A stretch of 48,484 bases of DNA from Acholeplasmataceae bacterium (GTDB taxonomy: Bacteria > Bacillota_I > Bacilli_A > Acholeplasmatales > Acholeplasmataceae), in assembly GCA_041656835.1 (NCBI GenBank), contig JBBACV010000001.1:1-48484 (forward strand). The letters are read 5' to 3'. This document shows positions 39,814 through 48,484 of the stretch, piece by piece. The stretch's first letter is position 1. Each line of letters opens with the position of its first letter. A program made the translations under genes and the position numbers. The notes below the pieces were generated by a model, which was given only the letters and a program-made list of their open reading frames with translations, searched no databases and was not told the DNA's origin.

Positions 39814-40677
39814 TTAAGCTTTATTGACTGATCCAAACATCGTTAATTTTTCTTTAATGACTTCCTTCATTGCATCATAACCTGGCTTTAATAATTTACG
39901 TGGATCATAACCCTTGCCTTCTTTATCTTTACCATCTTCAATATATTTTCTTGTTGCAGCAGCAAAAGCTAATTGTAATTCAGTGTTAACGTTTATTTTA
40001 GCGATTCCTAATTTAATGGCTCTTAAAACTTGATCTTCAGGGATCCCTGTACCACCATGTAAAACTAAAGGAACTCCTCCAGTTACTTTACTTACTTCTT
40101 CTAAAACATCAAATCGTAATCCTTCCCAGTTAGCTGGGTATTGTCCGTGGATATTACCAATTCCAGCAGCGAAAAAGTCAACACCGGTACTTGCGATAAC
40201 ACGACATTCTTCTGGATCCGCAACTTCACCAGAACCAACAACACCGTCTTCTTCACCACCAATAGCGCCAACTTCAGCTTCAACAGAAACTCCCATTGCA
40301 TGTGCAGCATTAACTACTTCTTGAGTTTTTTGAAGATTTTCATCAAATGGGAAATGTGATCCGTCAAACATAACTGATGTAAATCCCGCTCTCATAGCTT
40401 TAAATGACCCTTCGTATGAACCATGATCTAAGTGAACTGCAACTGGTACTGTAATGTTAAATTCTTTATCTAAAGCTTTTACCATTGCCATAACGTTTTC
40501 ATAACCACCCATATATTTAGCTGCACCTTCTGATACCCCTAATATAACTGGTGATTTTAATTCTTCAACAGTCGTTAAAACGGCTTTAATCCATTCTAAA
40601 TTGTTTATATTTATTTGAGCTACACCGTAGCCTTCTTTACGTGCTTTAATAAGCATATCTCTAGCTGATACTAGCAT
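39814..40677 (-). CDS. fba: Class II fructose-1,6-bisphosphate aldolase
   Basis: VAVHLDHG, FTSVMFDGSH, GNIHG, LVLHGGTG, KINVNTE. Confidence 0.97.
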   Translation of the reverse strand: MLVSARDMLIKARKEGYGVAQININNLEWIKAVLTTVEELKSPVILGVSEGAAKYMGGYENVMAMVKALDKEFNITVPVAVHLDHGSYEGSFKAMRAGFTSVMFDGSHFPFDENLQKTQEVVNAAHAMGVSVEAEVGAIGGEEDGVVGSGEVADPEECRVIASTGVDFFAAGIGNIHGQYPANWEGLRFDVLEEVSKVTGGVPLVLHGGTGIPEDQVLRAIKLGIAKINVNTELQLAFAAATRKYIEDGKDKEGKGYDPRKLLKPGYDAMKEVIKEKLTMFGSVNKA

Positions 40678-40781
40678 AATTTAATTTTCCTCCTCGATTG
40701 TTTTTAACATCTTAATTATATATCTTATTAGGTTTTTTTACAAATGAAACAGTTATTTAAAACTATATTTATGAGATTTAG

Positions 40782-42374
40782 TTATTTTATGGATTTTAAC
40801 ATTTTAATAAATGATATAAAAAGCGGATGGGCTCTTAATGGTCTTGATAAAAATTCAGGGTGATATTGAACGGCTAAAAACCAAGGATGGTTTTTATGTT
40901 CAATCGCAGATAAAACTTTTTCATCACGACTATAAGAACTTAAAATAAAATCACTATCTTTTAGATTATTTATATAATCATGATTAAATTCATATCGGTG
41001 TCTATGTCTTTCGGCAATTAATTCTTTTTGATAAGCATCATAGATTTTAGTTCCTTTTTTTATGTTTAACTCATAAAGGCCTAACCTTAATCCATTTTTT
41101 AAAGTATTACTATCTCTTTGTTTAATCACCGGTGTTTTAGTGTCAGGATTTATTTCAGTGGAATTAGCATCTTCTAACTTTAATTCGTTTTGGAAATACT
41201 CTATTAAAGCTAACTGCATCCCAAAACAAATTCCAAAGAAAGGAAAATTATTTAATCTTGCATAATTAATTGAAGTAATAAGGCCTTTAGTGGCTCTTTT
41301 ACCAAACCCACCAGGGACAATGATTCCATCAAGATTTTTTAAATTATCACTAACATTTTCATTAGTTATTTTTTCGGCGTCAATCCATTTTATTATTACT
41401 TTCGTATCAAGACTATAGCCAGCATGGTATAAACTTTCAGTGACTGAAAGATAAGCATCATGTAAAGATGTATATTTACCAACTAAGCCGACCGTAACTT
41501 CGTTCTTTAAGGTTTTAATTTTATCGATTAAATTAACCCATGGGGTAATATTTGGTTCTTGTAGGGATTTTAATTTAAAGTGATTTAAAACGAAGTTATC
41601 GATTTGTTGTTTTTTAAAGTTAACTATTATTTCATAAATTACATCAACACCTAATGATTCAAAAACAGCCTTCTTATTGACATCACAAAATAAGGCAATC
41701 TTTTCTTTTGCTTCATCACTTATTTTAAGGTCACTTCTTAAAATAATTATATCGGGTTGGATTCCTAAAGATCTTAATTCTTTAACTGAGTGTTGGGTTG
41801 GTTTTGTTTTTAGTTCATTGGTTGCTTTTACATAAGGAACTAAGGTGTTATGAATGTAGATGGTATTGTCATGACCATAGTCATGTCTTACTTGTCTAAT
41901 TGCTTCTAAATAAGGAAGTGATTCGATATCACCAACGGTTCCACCAATTTCTGTAATAATAATATCGGCTTTAGAATTTATAGATGCATCATGTAGTCTT
42001 TTTTTAATTTCATCAGTTATGTGGGGAATTACTTGAACTGTACTACCTAAGTATTTACCACTTCTTTCATTATTAATAACTGTTTGATATATTTGACCGG
42101 TGGTAACTGATGAATCTTGGGTTAAATTAATATCGATGAATCTTTCATAATGTCCTAAATCTAAGTCAGTTTCCGCTCCATCATTTGTTACAAAGACTTC
42201 TCCGTGTTGATAAGGACTCATCATTCCGGGGTCAACATTTAAATAAGGATCAAACTTTTGAATAAAAACATTAAATCCGTGGGATTTAAGAAGTTGACCT
42301 AAAGCACTTGCTGAAATACCTTTTCCTAAAGATGAAATGACTCCCCCTGTTACAAATATATATTTAGCTCCCAT
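40782..42374 (-). CDS. pyrG: CTP synthase
   Basis: VTGGVISSLGKG, DPYLNVDPG, GICFGMQ, ERHRHRYE, QYHPEF. Confidence 0.98.
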   Translation of the reverse strand: MGAKYIFVTGGVISSLGKGISASALGQLLKSHGFNVFIQKFDPYLNVDPGMMSPYQHGEVFVTNDGAETDLDLGHYERFIDINLTQDSSVTTGQIYQTVINNERSGKYLGSTVQVIPHITDEIKKRLHDASINSKADIIITEIGGTVGDIESLPYLEAIRQVRHDYGHDNTIYIHNTLVPYVKATNELKTKPTQHSVKELRSLGIQPDIIILRSDLKISDEAKEKIALFCDVNKKAVFESLGVDVIYEIIVNFKKQQIDNFVLNHFKLKSLQEPNITPWVNLIDKIKTLKNEVTVGLVGKYTSLHDAYLSVTESLYHAGYSLDTKVIIKWIDAEKITNENVSDNLKNLDGIIVPGGFGKRATKGLITSINYARLNNFPFFGICFGMQLALIEYFQNELKLEDANSTEINPDTKTPVIKQRDSNTLKNGLRLGLYELNIKKGTKIYDAYQKELIAERHRHRYEFNHDYINNLKDSDFILSSYSRDEKVLSAIEHKNHPWFLAVQYHPEFLSRPLRAHPLFISFIKMLKSIK

Positions 42375-42394
42375 AATAAATTCTCCTTATTTAT

Positions 42395-42425
42395 AAATAA
42401 TAAAAGCCTCTATTAAAAGAGACTT
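42395..42425 (-). terminator. Terminator hairpin in the pyrG 5' leader (putative attenuator)
   Basis: AAGUCUCU-UUUAAU-AGAGGCUU followed by UUAUUAUUU, between the promoter and the RBS AAGGAG. Confidence 0.6.
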
Positions 42426-42442
42426 CTTATTCGCTCTTAATC

Positions 42443-42471
42443 ATTTTATCAAAGCTATTTAATAACTTCAA
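42443..42471 (-). promoter_or_regulatory. pyrG promoter
   Basis: TTGAAG (42471-42466), 17 bp, then TAAAAT (42448-42443) preceded by TG. Confidence 0.7.
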
Positions 42472-42491
42472 CTAAAAATGAGTATTTCTAG

Positions 42492-42521
42492 AAAAAAACT
42501 ATAAAGAAATCTTTATAGTTT
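42492..42521 (-). terminator. Intrinsic terminator after rpoE
   Basis: AAACTATAAAGA-TT-TCTTTATAGTTT followed by TTTT. Confidence 0.75.
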
Positions 42522-42523
42522 AT

Positions 42524-43093
42524 TTAGTCATACATATCTTCATAATCATCCATGATTTCGTTATAATCATCTTCTTCTTCGTAATCATCATCTTGGTCTA
42601 AGTCTAAGTCGATGTCGCCTTCGTCTTCATCGGTTGATGTTAAATCAAGCCCAACATCAACGTATTGTTTTTCTTCTGGGTCGATATCATCAACTTTTTC
42701 ATCTTCGTCGTCTTCATCTTCATCAACTTCTTCTAATAACTCATCATCTAAATCGATATCATCTAAATTAAAGTCTGAAAAATCGATATCTTCGTCTTCT
42801 TCAAATGAAGCTTCTAACTCAGGATGTTCACCATAAGAATAACCATCTTTATCCCAGTATTCTAAATTATCATCTTTTAAAGCCCAGACGTCTTTACCAA
42901 GATAGACAAATTTACCGGATAAAGTTAGTTCCATATATATATCATTCATTTTCTCACTATCTTCTTGATCAATGTTTAATTCATTTGAAATTTCTTCTAA
43001 TAGTTTATAGATTGATAAGCCTTCTTTATTTTCTTTTAATATTTCTTCCATTAATTTAATGGTAGAAAGTCCATTATGTTTTAACTTTGACAT
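42524..43093 (-). CDS. rpoE: RNA polymerase delta subunit
   Basis: YMELTLSGKFVYLGKDVWAL motif and long D/E tail; directly upstream of pyrG as in Bacilli. Confidence 0.92.
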   Translation of the reverse strand: MSKLKHNGLSTIKLMEEILKENKEGLSIYKLLEEISNELNIDQEDSEKMNDIYMELTLSGKFVYLGKDVWALKDDNLEYWDKDGYSYGEHPELEASFEEDEDIDFSDFNLDDIDLDDELLEEVDEDEDDEDEKVDDIDPEEKQYVDVGLDLTSTDEDEGDIDLDLDQDDDYEEEDDYNEIMDDYEDMYD

Positions 43094-43152
43094 TTAACTC
43101 CTCCTAAAACGCGGTTATATTGTATATTAAAGCCTACTTTAATGCAACCCTT

Positions 43153-43749
43153 TTATATCTTTTTGTATTTTTTACGGTTTTCAATGGCTTTTATTAAGGT
43201 TAATTGATCGGCATATTTTAAATCAGCCCCGACAGGAAGCCCATATCCTAAGCGGGATACTTGGATATTTTCATCTACAATCAAGGAATTTAAGTATTGG
43301 GCGGTTAATTCTCCTTCAACGGTTGCACTTGTGGCAATTATAATTTCATTTATTTGATTAAGTCTTTTAATTAAGTTATCAAAATTTAAGTCTTTAGGTT
43401 CAATTCCTTTTGAAAGGTTAATTAATCCACCTAAAACATGGTATTTACCATTAAAAGAAGATGTTTTTTCAAATGAGAAAACATCTTTTGAATCTGAAAC
43501 TACCATAATTACATCATTATTTCTTTTCGGGTCTTTACAAATATTACATATGTTAGAGTCGGTAATAAGGCCACATATTTCACAATATTTTATTTCATCT
43601 TTAAAACTCTTTAAAGACTCACCAAAAGAGTTTAAAGCTTCTTCGTCCCAATTAAGTAATTCAAGTGCTAGTCTTTCCGCAGTTTTAAGACCAATTCCTG
43701 GTAGTTTTTTTAAGTTTTTAATTAACTCGTTAATTCCTTTAGGATACAT
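43153..43749 (-). CDS. recR: Recombination protein RecR
   Basis: LPGIGLKTAERLA, Cys4, YHVLGG, VEGELTA, GLPVGADL. Confidence 0.97.
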   Translation of the reverse strand: MYPKGINELIKNLKKLPGIGLKTAERLALELLNWDEEALNSFGESLKSFKDEIKYCEICGLITDSNICNICKDPKRNNDVIMVVSDSKDVFSFEKTSSFNGKYHVLGGLINLSKGIEPKDLNFDNLIKRLNQINEIIIATSATVEGELTAQYLNSLIVDENIQVSRLGYGLPVGADLKYADQLTLIKAIENRKKYKKI

Positions 43750-44039
43750 TAAAACCCGAAACCACCCATTCCACCGGCAAATTGTCCCATGGTTTCTTCT
43801 TGTGTTTTATCAATTTTAGATAAACTATCATTAACTGCCACTAAGATTGCATCTTGGAGCATTTCGATATCTTCTAAAAGATCAGGGTTTATTTTAATAT
43901 CAATCATTTGTCTAGTTCCTTGCATAATGACTTCAACCCCAGATGCTTTTCCGATAAATTCGGTTAGTTCTAATTTTTCTTGGGCATCTTGAATTTCTTT
44001 TTGCATTTTCTTTAGTCTATTTAACATGTTTGGATTCAT
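43749..44039 (-). CDS. YbaB/EbfC nucleoid-associated protein
   Basis: MQKEIQDAQEKL..DIEMLQDAILVAVND; dnaX-ybaB-recR synteny. Confidence 0.93.
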   Translation of the reverse strand: MNPNMLNRLKKMQKEIQDAQEKLELTEFIGKASGVEVIMQGTRQMIDIKINPDLLEDIEMLQDAILVAVNDSLSKIDKTQEETMGQFAGGMGGFGF

Positions 44040-44041
44040 TT

Positions 44042-45703
44042 TTATTCCTCTACTTTCACTTTTATTTCACCGAAATATTCTTTCGCAAAAGATACTATTT
44101 CAGGTTCTTTATTTTTTAAATTTTGTTCCTTTATTTCTTCATATAATTGGAGATCAATTGGTTTTAAGGAAGGTTTTGTCTTTCCTTCATTATATTGATT
44201 CATAAAATCATCTTTAATATTTAACCAGACTGGTTTTAATAAGACGGTATAGTCGTTAATACTATTTTCATATTTTTTAATAATTTCTAAAATTCTTGTT
44301 TTGTTAGATGGTTTTAATAATGATAAAGCGTTTAGTCTATTATCATAAACAATTAACATTTTATTATTGCCAACCGCAACTAATTCACCTTCATACAAAA
44401 TTTCAGCAATTCCTTTATTAGTTGGTTTAGCATCTTTAACTAAGTTTGGCCAAATGTTTTCTAAAGATTTTCTAATTGGTTGGTTACCATTATTTAAAAT
44501 GTTTTCGATTTCATTGATTGTGACAAGTGGCCTTTTAGTAGTTTTAGATGCTTTACTTTGTGGTTTAACAACTGTATTATTATTTATCTTGCTTTCTAAA
44601 GAGTTTATTTTTTCATTAATCATATTTATTTGATTATTATAGTTATCTTCTAATTGTTTATAGTTAATCATCTTAATAATAGCTAATTCTAAATACGCTC
44701 TTTTTGAAGTGGTATATTTTAAATCTTGTTGTAGTTCGTTTAAAATATCTAAATAGTAATATATAACATTTTGATTTAAATTAATAAGATCAGGGAAGTT
44801 AGGTTTTGTTAAATATTTATCTAATAATAAATCTCTTAGAGCTAAAATTAAATCAGATACCATTCTAGTGATATCTTTACCATCTCTTAAGATTTCGTTT
44901 AAGAAGTTTAAGGTTTTTTGGGGTTCTTTATTATGAATTAATAATAATAATTCATTTATAAATCTTCGTGATAATCCACCTGAAACTAAATAAACATCAT
45001 CTTCAGTAATTTTACTATCACTAAATGATAAAACTTGATCTAAAAGTGATAGCGCATCACGCATTCCACCTTCTGATTGTTTAGCGATTGCGATAATCGC
45101 ATCTTCAGTGATTTCAAGTTTTTCATTTTTAGTAATTTTAATTAGATTGTCTTCAATATCTTTGTTGTCAATATTTTTAAAATCAAATCTTTGACATCTA
45201 GAAAGGATTGTTGCTGGTACTTTATGAACTTCAGTTGTTGCTAAAATAAAGACAACATACTTAGGTGGTTCTTCAAGGGTTTTTAATAAAGCATTAAAGG
45301 CTGCCTGGGTTAACATATGGACTTCATCAATAATATAGACTTTATATTTAGCGATTGAAGGGGCATATTTAACTTTATCTCTTAAGTCTCTAATTTCATC
45401 AACACCATTATTAGAAGCCGCATCTATTTCAATAACATCAGAAATATCACCTTTTTCAATTCCTAAACAAATATCACATTTACCACATGGTTCATCGGTT
45501 GGAGCTTCACGGCAGTTTAATGTTTTCGCAACTATTTTAGCGATTGAGGTTTTACCGGTTCCTCTAGGTCCAGAAAAAAGATACGCATGAGCAAACTTTT
45601 CGTGTTTTAATGCGTTTTGAAGGGTTTTTACGATAACTTTTTGACCATAAACTTCACTAAATTTTTTGGGACGATAAGTCCGGTATAACGCTACATAACT
45701 CAT
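44042..45703 (-). CDS. dnaX: DNA polymerase III gamma/tau
   Basis: ALYRTYRP, GPRGTGKT, EIDAASNNGVD, IDEVHML, SRCQRF. Confidence 0.97.
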   Translation of the reverse strand: MSYVALYRTYRPKKFSEVYGQKVIVKTLQNALKHEKFAHAYLFSGPRGTGKTSIAKIVAKTLNCREAPTDEPCGKCDICLGIEKGDISDVIEIDAASNNGVDEIRDLRDKVKYAPSIAKYKVYIIDEVHMLTQAAFNALLKTLEEPPKYVVFILATTEVHKVPATILSRCQRFDFKNIDNKDIEDNLIKITKNEKLEITEDAIIAIAKQSEGGMRDALSLLDQVLSFSDSKITEDDVYLVSGGLSRRFINELLLLIHNKEPQKTLNFLNEILRDGKDITRMVSDLILALRDLLLDKYLTKPNFPDLINLNQNVIYYYLDILNELQQDLKYTTSKRAYLELAIIKMINYKQLEDNYNNQINMINEKINSLESKINNNTVVKPQSKASKTTKRPLVTINEIENILNNGNQPIRKSLENIWPNLVKDAKPTNKGIAEILYEGELVAVGNNKMLIVYDNRLNALSLLKPSNKTRILEIIKKYENSINDYTVLLKPVWLNIKDDFMNQYNEGKTKPSLKPIDLQLYEEIKEQNLKNKEPEIVSFAKEYFGEIKVKVEE

Positions 45704-45750
45704 TGGTTTCCTCTTTCTATAAACATTATATCATATGATGATTTGATTAA

Positions 45751-47097
45751 TTATTTTCCTAAACAAAACTTAGAAAATAATTCATTTAATAAATCACCAT
45801 AATGATGGTCACCTAAAATATCACCTAATAAATTCCAAGCTCTGGTTAAATCGATCGCATAAATATCGATAGGCATATCATTATTAATTGATGTAATAAC
45901 GTTTTCTAATGCTTCTTTAGCTTCTTTTAGTTTTTGCATGTGTCTGGCATTAGAAAAATAGTTGAAGTCTTTATTAGTTAAATTATCTAGTTTTAATTTT
46001 TTTAAGATTTCTCTTTCTAAATCATTAAAACCCATTTTTTCGATCGTTGAGATATTAACTAAAGTTTCATAGTCTAAGACTTTTGGTAAATCACTTTTAT
46101 TACCAATAATTATTCTAGGATAATTATTGGTTAATTCGATTAATTCTAAGTCTTCGTTTGTTAAGTTTTCTGATAAATCTAAAACTAATAAAACTAATTC
46201 TGAATTAGATAAGGCTTTAATACTTCTTTTAACTCCGATTTTTTCAATTTCATCAAGGGTTTCTCTAATTCCTGCTGTATCAATTAACTCTAAGGTAATT
46301 CCACCTAAGTTAACTTTCGCGTTTATCGTATCTCTTGTTGTTCCTGGAGTATCAGTAACGATTGCTCTTTCTTCGTCTAATAATGCATTTAATAAAGATG
46401 ATTTACCAACATTAGGTCTGCCAATAATAACAGTTTTTACTCCTTCATTAATTAATCTAGTTTTATTTGAATGTTTTAAAATATCATTTAATTCATCGAT
46501 TAATGATAAGGTTTCGGGGTAAATTATTTCTTTACTCATAACTACAGCGTCATCATATTCAGGATAATCAATGTTAACTTCAATTTTAGCAATTAAATTA
46601 AGGAGTTTTTCTTTTAAATTAGTTACTAAGCTTGAGGTTTTTTTGGATAAAGCTTGGTTAGCGACTTTAATGGCATTTAAATTGGTAGCATGGATTAAGT
46701 CCATGATTGCCTCAGCTTGAACTAAGTCAATTCTTCCATTTAAATAAGCTCTTTTTGAAAACTCTCCTGGTTCTGCAAGTCTGATTTTAGTTTCTAAAAC
46801 TCTTTCTAAGACTTGTTCAGTTATTAATATTCCACCATGAGTTGAGATTTCAACAACATCTTCTTTAGTAAAAGATTTAGGTCCTTTAAAAATACTAACC
46901 ATTACTTCGTCTAATATAGTTTTATCGTTATTTAATATGTGTCCGTAAGTTATTGTATGCGTTTTAACTTTATTTAGGTTAGGGCCTTTAAAGATTTGAT
47001 TAACTTTTTTAATCGCTTCATCACCAGAAACTCTAATGACAGAAATGCCGGCAGTTCCTAAAGGAGTGGCGATTGCAGCGATAGTATCAAAATTCAT
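45751..47097 (-). CDS. mnmE: tRNA modification GTPase MnmE
   Basis: DTIAAIAT, GRPNVGKSS, GTTRD, DTAGIR, C-terminal FCLGK. Confidence 0.98.
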   Translation of the reverse strand: MNFDTIAAIATPLGTAGISVIRVSGDEAIKKVNQIFKGPNLNKVKTHTITYGHILNNDKTILDEVMVSIFKGPKSFTKEDVVEISTHGGILITEQVLERVLETKIRLAEPGEFSKRAYLNGRIDLVQAEAIMDLIHATNLNAIKVANQALSKKTSSLVTNLKEKLLNLIAKIEVNIDYPEYDDAVVMSKEIIYPETLSLIDELNDILKHSNKTRLINEGVKTVIIGRPNVGKSSLLNALLDEERAIVTDTPGTTRDTINAKVNLGGITLELIDTAGIRETLDEIEKIGVKRSIKALSNSELVLLVLDLSENLTNEDLELIELTNNYPRIIIGNKSDLPKVLDYETLVNISTIEKMGFNDLEREILKKLKLDNLTNKDFNYFSNARHMQKLKEAKEALENVITSINNDMPIDIYAIDLTRAWNLLGDILGDHHYGDLLNELFSKFCLGK

Positions 47098-47107
47098 TTT
47101 TTATCCT

Positions 47108-48055
47108 TTATTTTAACGTATTATGAACTTCTTTAATAAATTTAGGTAGTTCATCCCAGTTTTTTAAAGTTGCTCCTGCGGCCATTTTATGACCGCCACC
47201 TTCAAACTTGTTGGCAAGTTTGTCAATATCGGGTCCATTTGATCTTAGGCGGACTCTAATTGTTTCTTTTCCTTCTTCTTCTAAAAAGATTGCCCAAATA
47301 GGATAGCCTTCAATCCCGCCTAATAAATTAACAATTGAACTAGCATCTTCTTGTGATAGTTCAAATTTTTTCTTAATTTCGTTAGTTATTTTTAAATAAA
47401 CAAAACCATTGTCAGTAATAAAGTTTTCATAGACATAACCTTTATATCTAATCATGTTTAATGTTTCGGTTGATAATTTTGAATCAATATATGTAATATC
47501 AGCGCCATGATTTATTAAAAGACCCGCTAGTTCATGAGTTTCTTTAGTAACACCACGATATCTAAATCTTCCGGTATCGGTAACTATTCCTGTATACATT
47601 GCGGTTGCACCAACAGATGACATTTTAAGTTTTTTAAATTGAGTGAAAAAATAAGCAATCATTTGAGCACATGAAGGAAAATTAGTATCAACCCAGATAT
47701 AATCACCATAGTTATCGATCGGTTCATGATGATCAATTTTAATTACTTCTTTTCCAAGTATATATTTAGGGTTTGATACCCGGTCTTTTGTTGCCGTATC
47801 AACAACAATTGATAAGGCATCTTCATAAAATGAATCTTCTAAATCATTCGGTATTTTTATATCTGGAGTCCCAACAAAAGACACGTATTCACTAATTTCA
47901 CTTGTTACATATACTTTTTTATTTGGAAAAGAATTAATAATAATATCTTTTAGCCCAAACTGAGCACCATAACAATCCCCATCTGGTCTTTTATGGCCAT
48001 AAATAATTATTTTATCGTATTCTTTTATTTTTTTATAAATTGTTTTTAAAATCAT
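47108..48055 (-). CDS. DHH/DHHA1 phosphoesterase (NrnA/Pde2-like)
   Basis: HKRPDGDC, IDHH, GIVTDTGRF, RLRS, GGGHKMAAG. Confidence 0.93.
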   Translation of the reverse strand: MILKTIYKKIKEYDKIIIYGHKRPDGDCYGAQFGLKDIIINSFPNKKVYVTSEISEYVSFVGTPDIKIPNDLEDSFYEDALSIVVDTATKDRVSNPKYILGKEVIKIDHHEPIDNYGDYIWVDTNFPSCAQMIAYFFTQFKKLKMSSVGATAMYTGIVTDTGRFRYRGVTKETHELAGLLINHGADITYIDSKLSTETLNMIRYKGYVYENFITDNGFVYLKITNEIKKKFELSQEDASSIVNLLGGIEGYPIWAIFLEEEGKETIRVRLRSNGPDIDKLANKFEGGGHKMAAGATLKNWDELPKFIKEVHNTLK

Positions 48056-48484
48056 AGGACTTTATCCTTTCATCTAAATCGTTTAGTAATAATTTAGCTT
48101 CATTAAAATCTTTTAAAGTTGCACCACAGGCATGGAGGTGGCCACCACCACCATATTTTTTGGCAATATCAACAATTCCTACTTTACGGCTTCTTAGTTC
48201 AGCAATTACTTTTCCTTCTTCATTTTCGGTGAAGTTTGCCCAAATATATACTTCGGTAATACCGGCCATACTGTTAACAAAACCTCTTGAGATATGATTA
48301 AATGTTAGTTTTGATTCTAAGACCATTTTATAATCATTAAAACGATAAGCAACATTATTTTTAGTTAATAAGAAATCTTTAAATTTGTTTCGGGCTAGAC
48401 GATCACTTAATGATTCTAAATATAGGAAGTCATTTATTTCTTGAAACTCTATTTTATTTTTTGTTAAAATGCTTGCCGCGTATA
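48033..48484 (-). CDS. Second DHH/DHHA1 paralogue, partial (C-terminal part)
   Basis: Frame is open to the window edge (YAASILTKNKIEFQEINDFLYLES...); ELRS..GGGGHLHACG DHHA1 motif. Confidence 0.88.
   Translation of the reverse strand, partial: YAASILTKNKIEFQEINDFLYLESLSDRLARNKFKDFLLTKNNVAYRFNDYKMVLESKLTFNHISRGFVNSMAGITEVYIWANFTENEEGKVIAELRSRKVGIVDIAKKYGGGGHLHACGATLKDFNEAKLLLNDLDERIKSYDFKNNL

Noticed and set aside
42524-42830. GAT/GAA-rich low-complexity tract as a repeat element
   Set aside because: Normal acidic tail of RNA polymerase delta.
45704-45750. SRP RNA expected upstream of dnaX as in Bacillus
   Set aside because: The gap is only 47 bp, AT-rich, and holds just an extended -10 and RBS.
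3386-46522. Short track ORFs antisense or alternative-frame to core genes (e.g. 3386, 11920, 15049, 18728, 20799, 23238, 24718, 26531, 33592, 33977, 34637, 40101, 40141, 42612, 42805, 43550, 43789, 44367, 46127)
   Set aside because: They overlap well-supported genes, have Ser/Ile/Leu/Phe-rich shadow composition, and show no recognisable motifs.

Overview
Very AT-rich (low-GC) bacterial chromosomal window, most likely a member of the Acholeplasmataceae. TGA acts as a stop (e.g. ligA, hpt), glnS is present and the gene content is Firmicutes-like. It is mostly housekeeping. A minus-strand run holds hprK, a YvlD-like membrane gene, uvrA, ligA, pcrA, glnS, tsaD/rimI/tsaB/tsaE and pgi, plus a cdaA-led operon. 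A plus-strand block holds hflX, hslO, tilS, hpt, ftsH, an S4 protein, lysS and two lipoproteins. A second minus-strand run holds fba, pyrG, rpoE, recR, ybaB, dnaX, mnmE and two DHH paralogues. Three small accessory insertions interrupt it: (1) a Schlafen/AlbA_2 gene plus an unannotated rhuM remnant, beside a 2B-less mini-UvrD between pcrA and ligA; (2) an HTH-MNT antitoxin with a decayed HEPN partner; (3) a frameshifted AAA-DUF4143 gene. The last two are each preceded by three operator-like repeats spaced 32-33 bp apart. Most notable candidates: a GT4 resembling Helicobacter cholesterol alpha-glucosyltransferase fused to a PlsC acyltransferase and lying next to a YpmS/TULIP-like protein; cdaA followed by an unannotated 58-aa membrane peptide and a TM-PAS-degenerate-GGDEF protein instead of cdaR-glmM; and a pyrG leader terminator whose predicted 5' end is (A)GAGC rather than GGGC. 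No rRNA, tRNA, CRISPR array or transposase was seen. All family assignments are from motif recognition by eye, not database searches.
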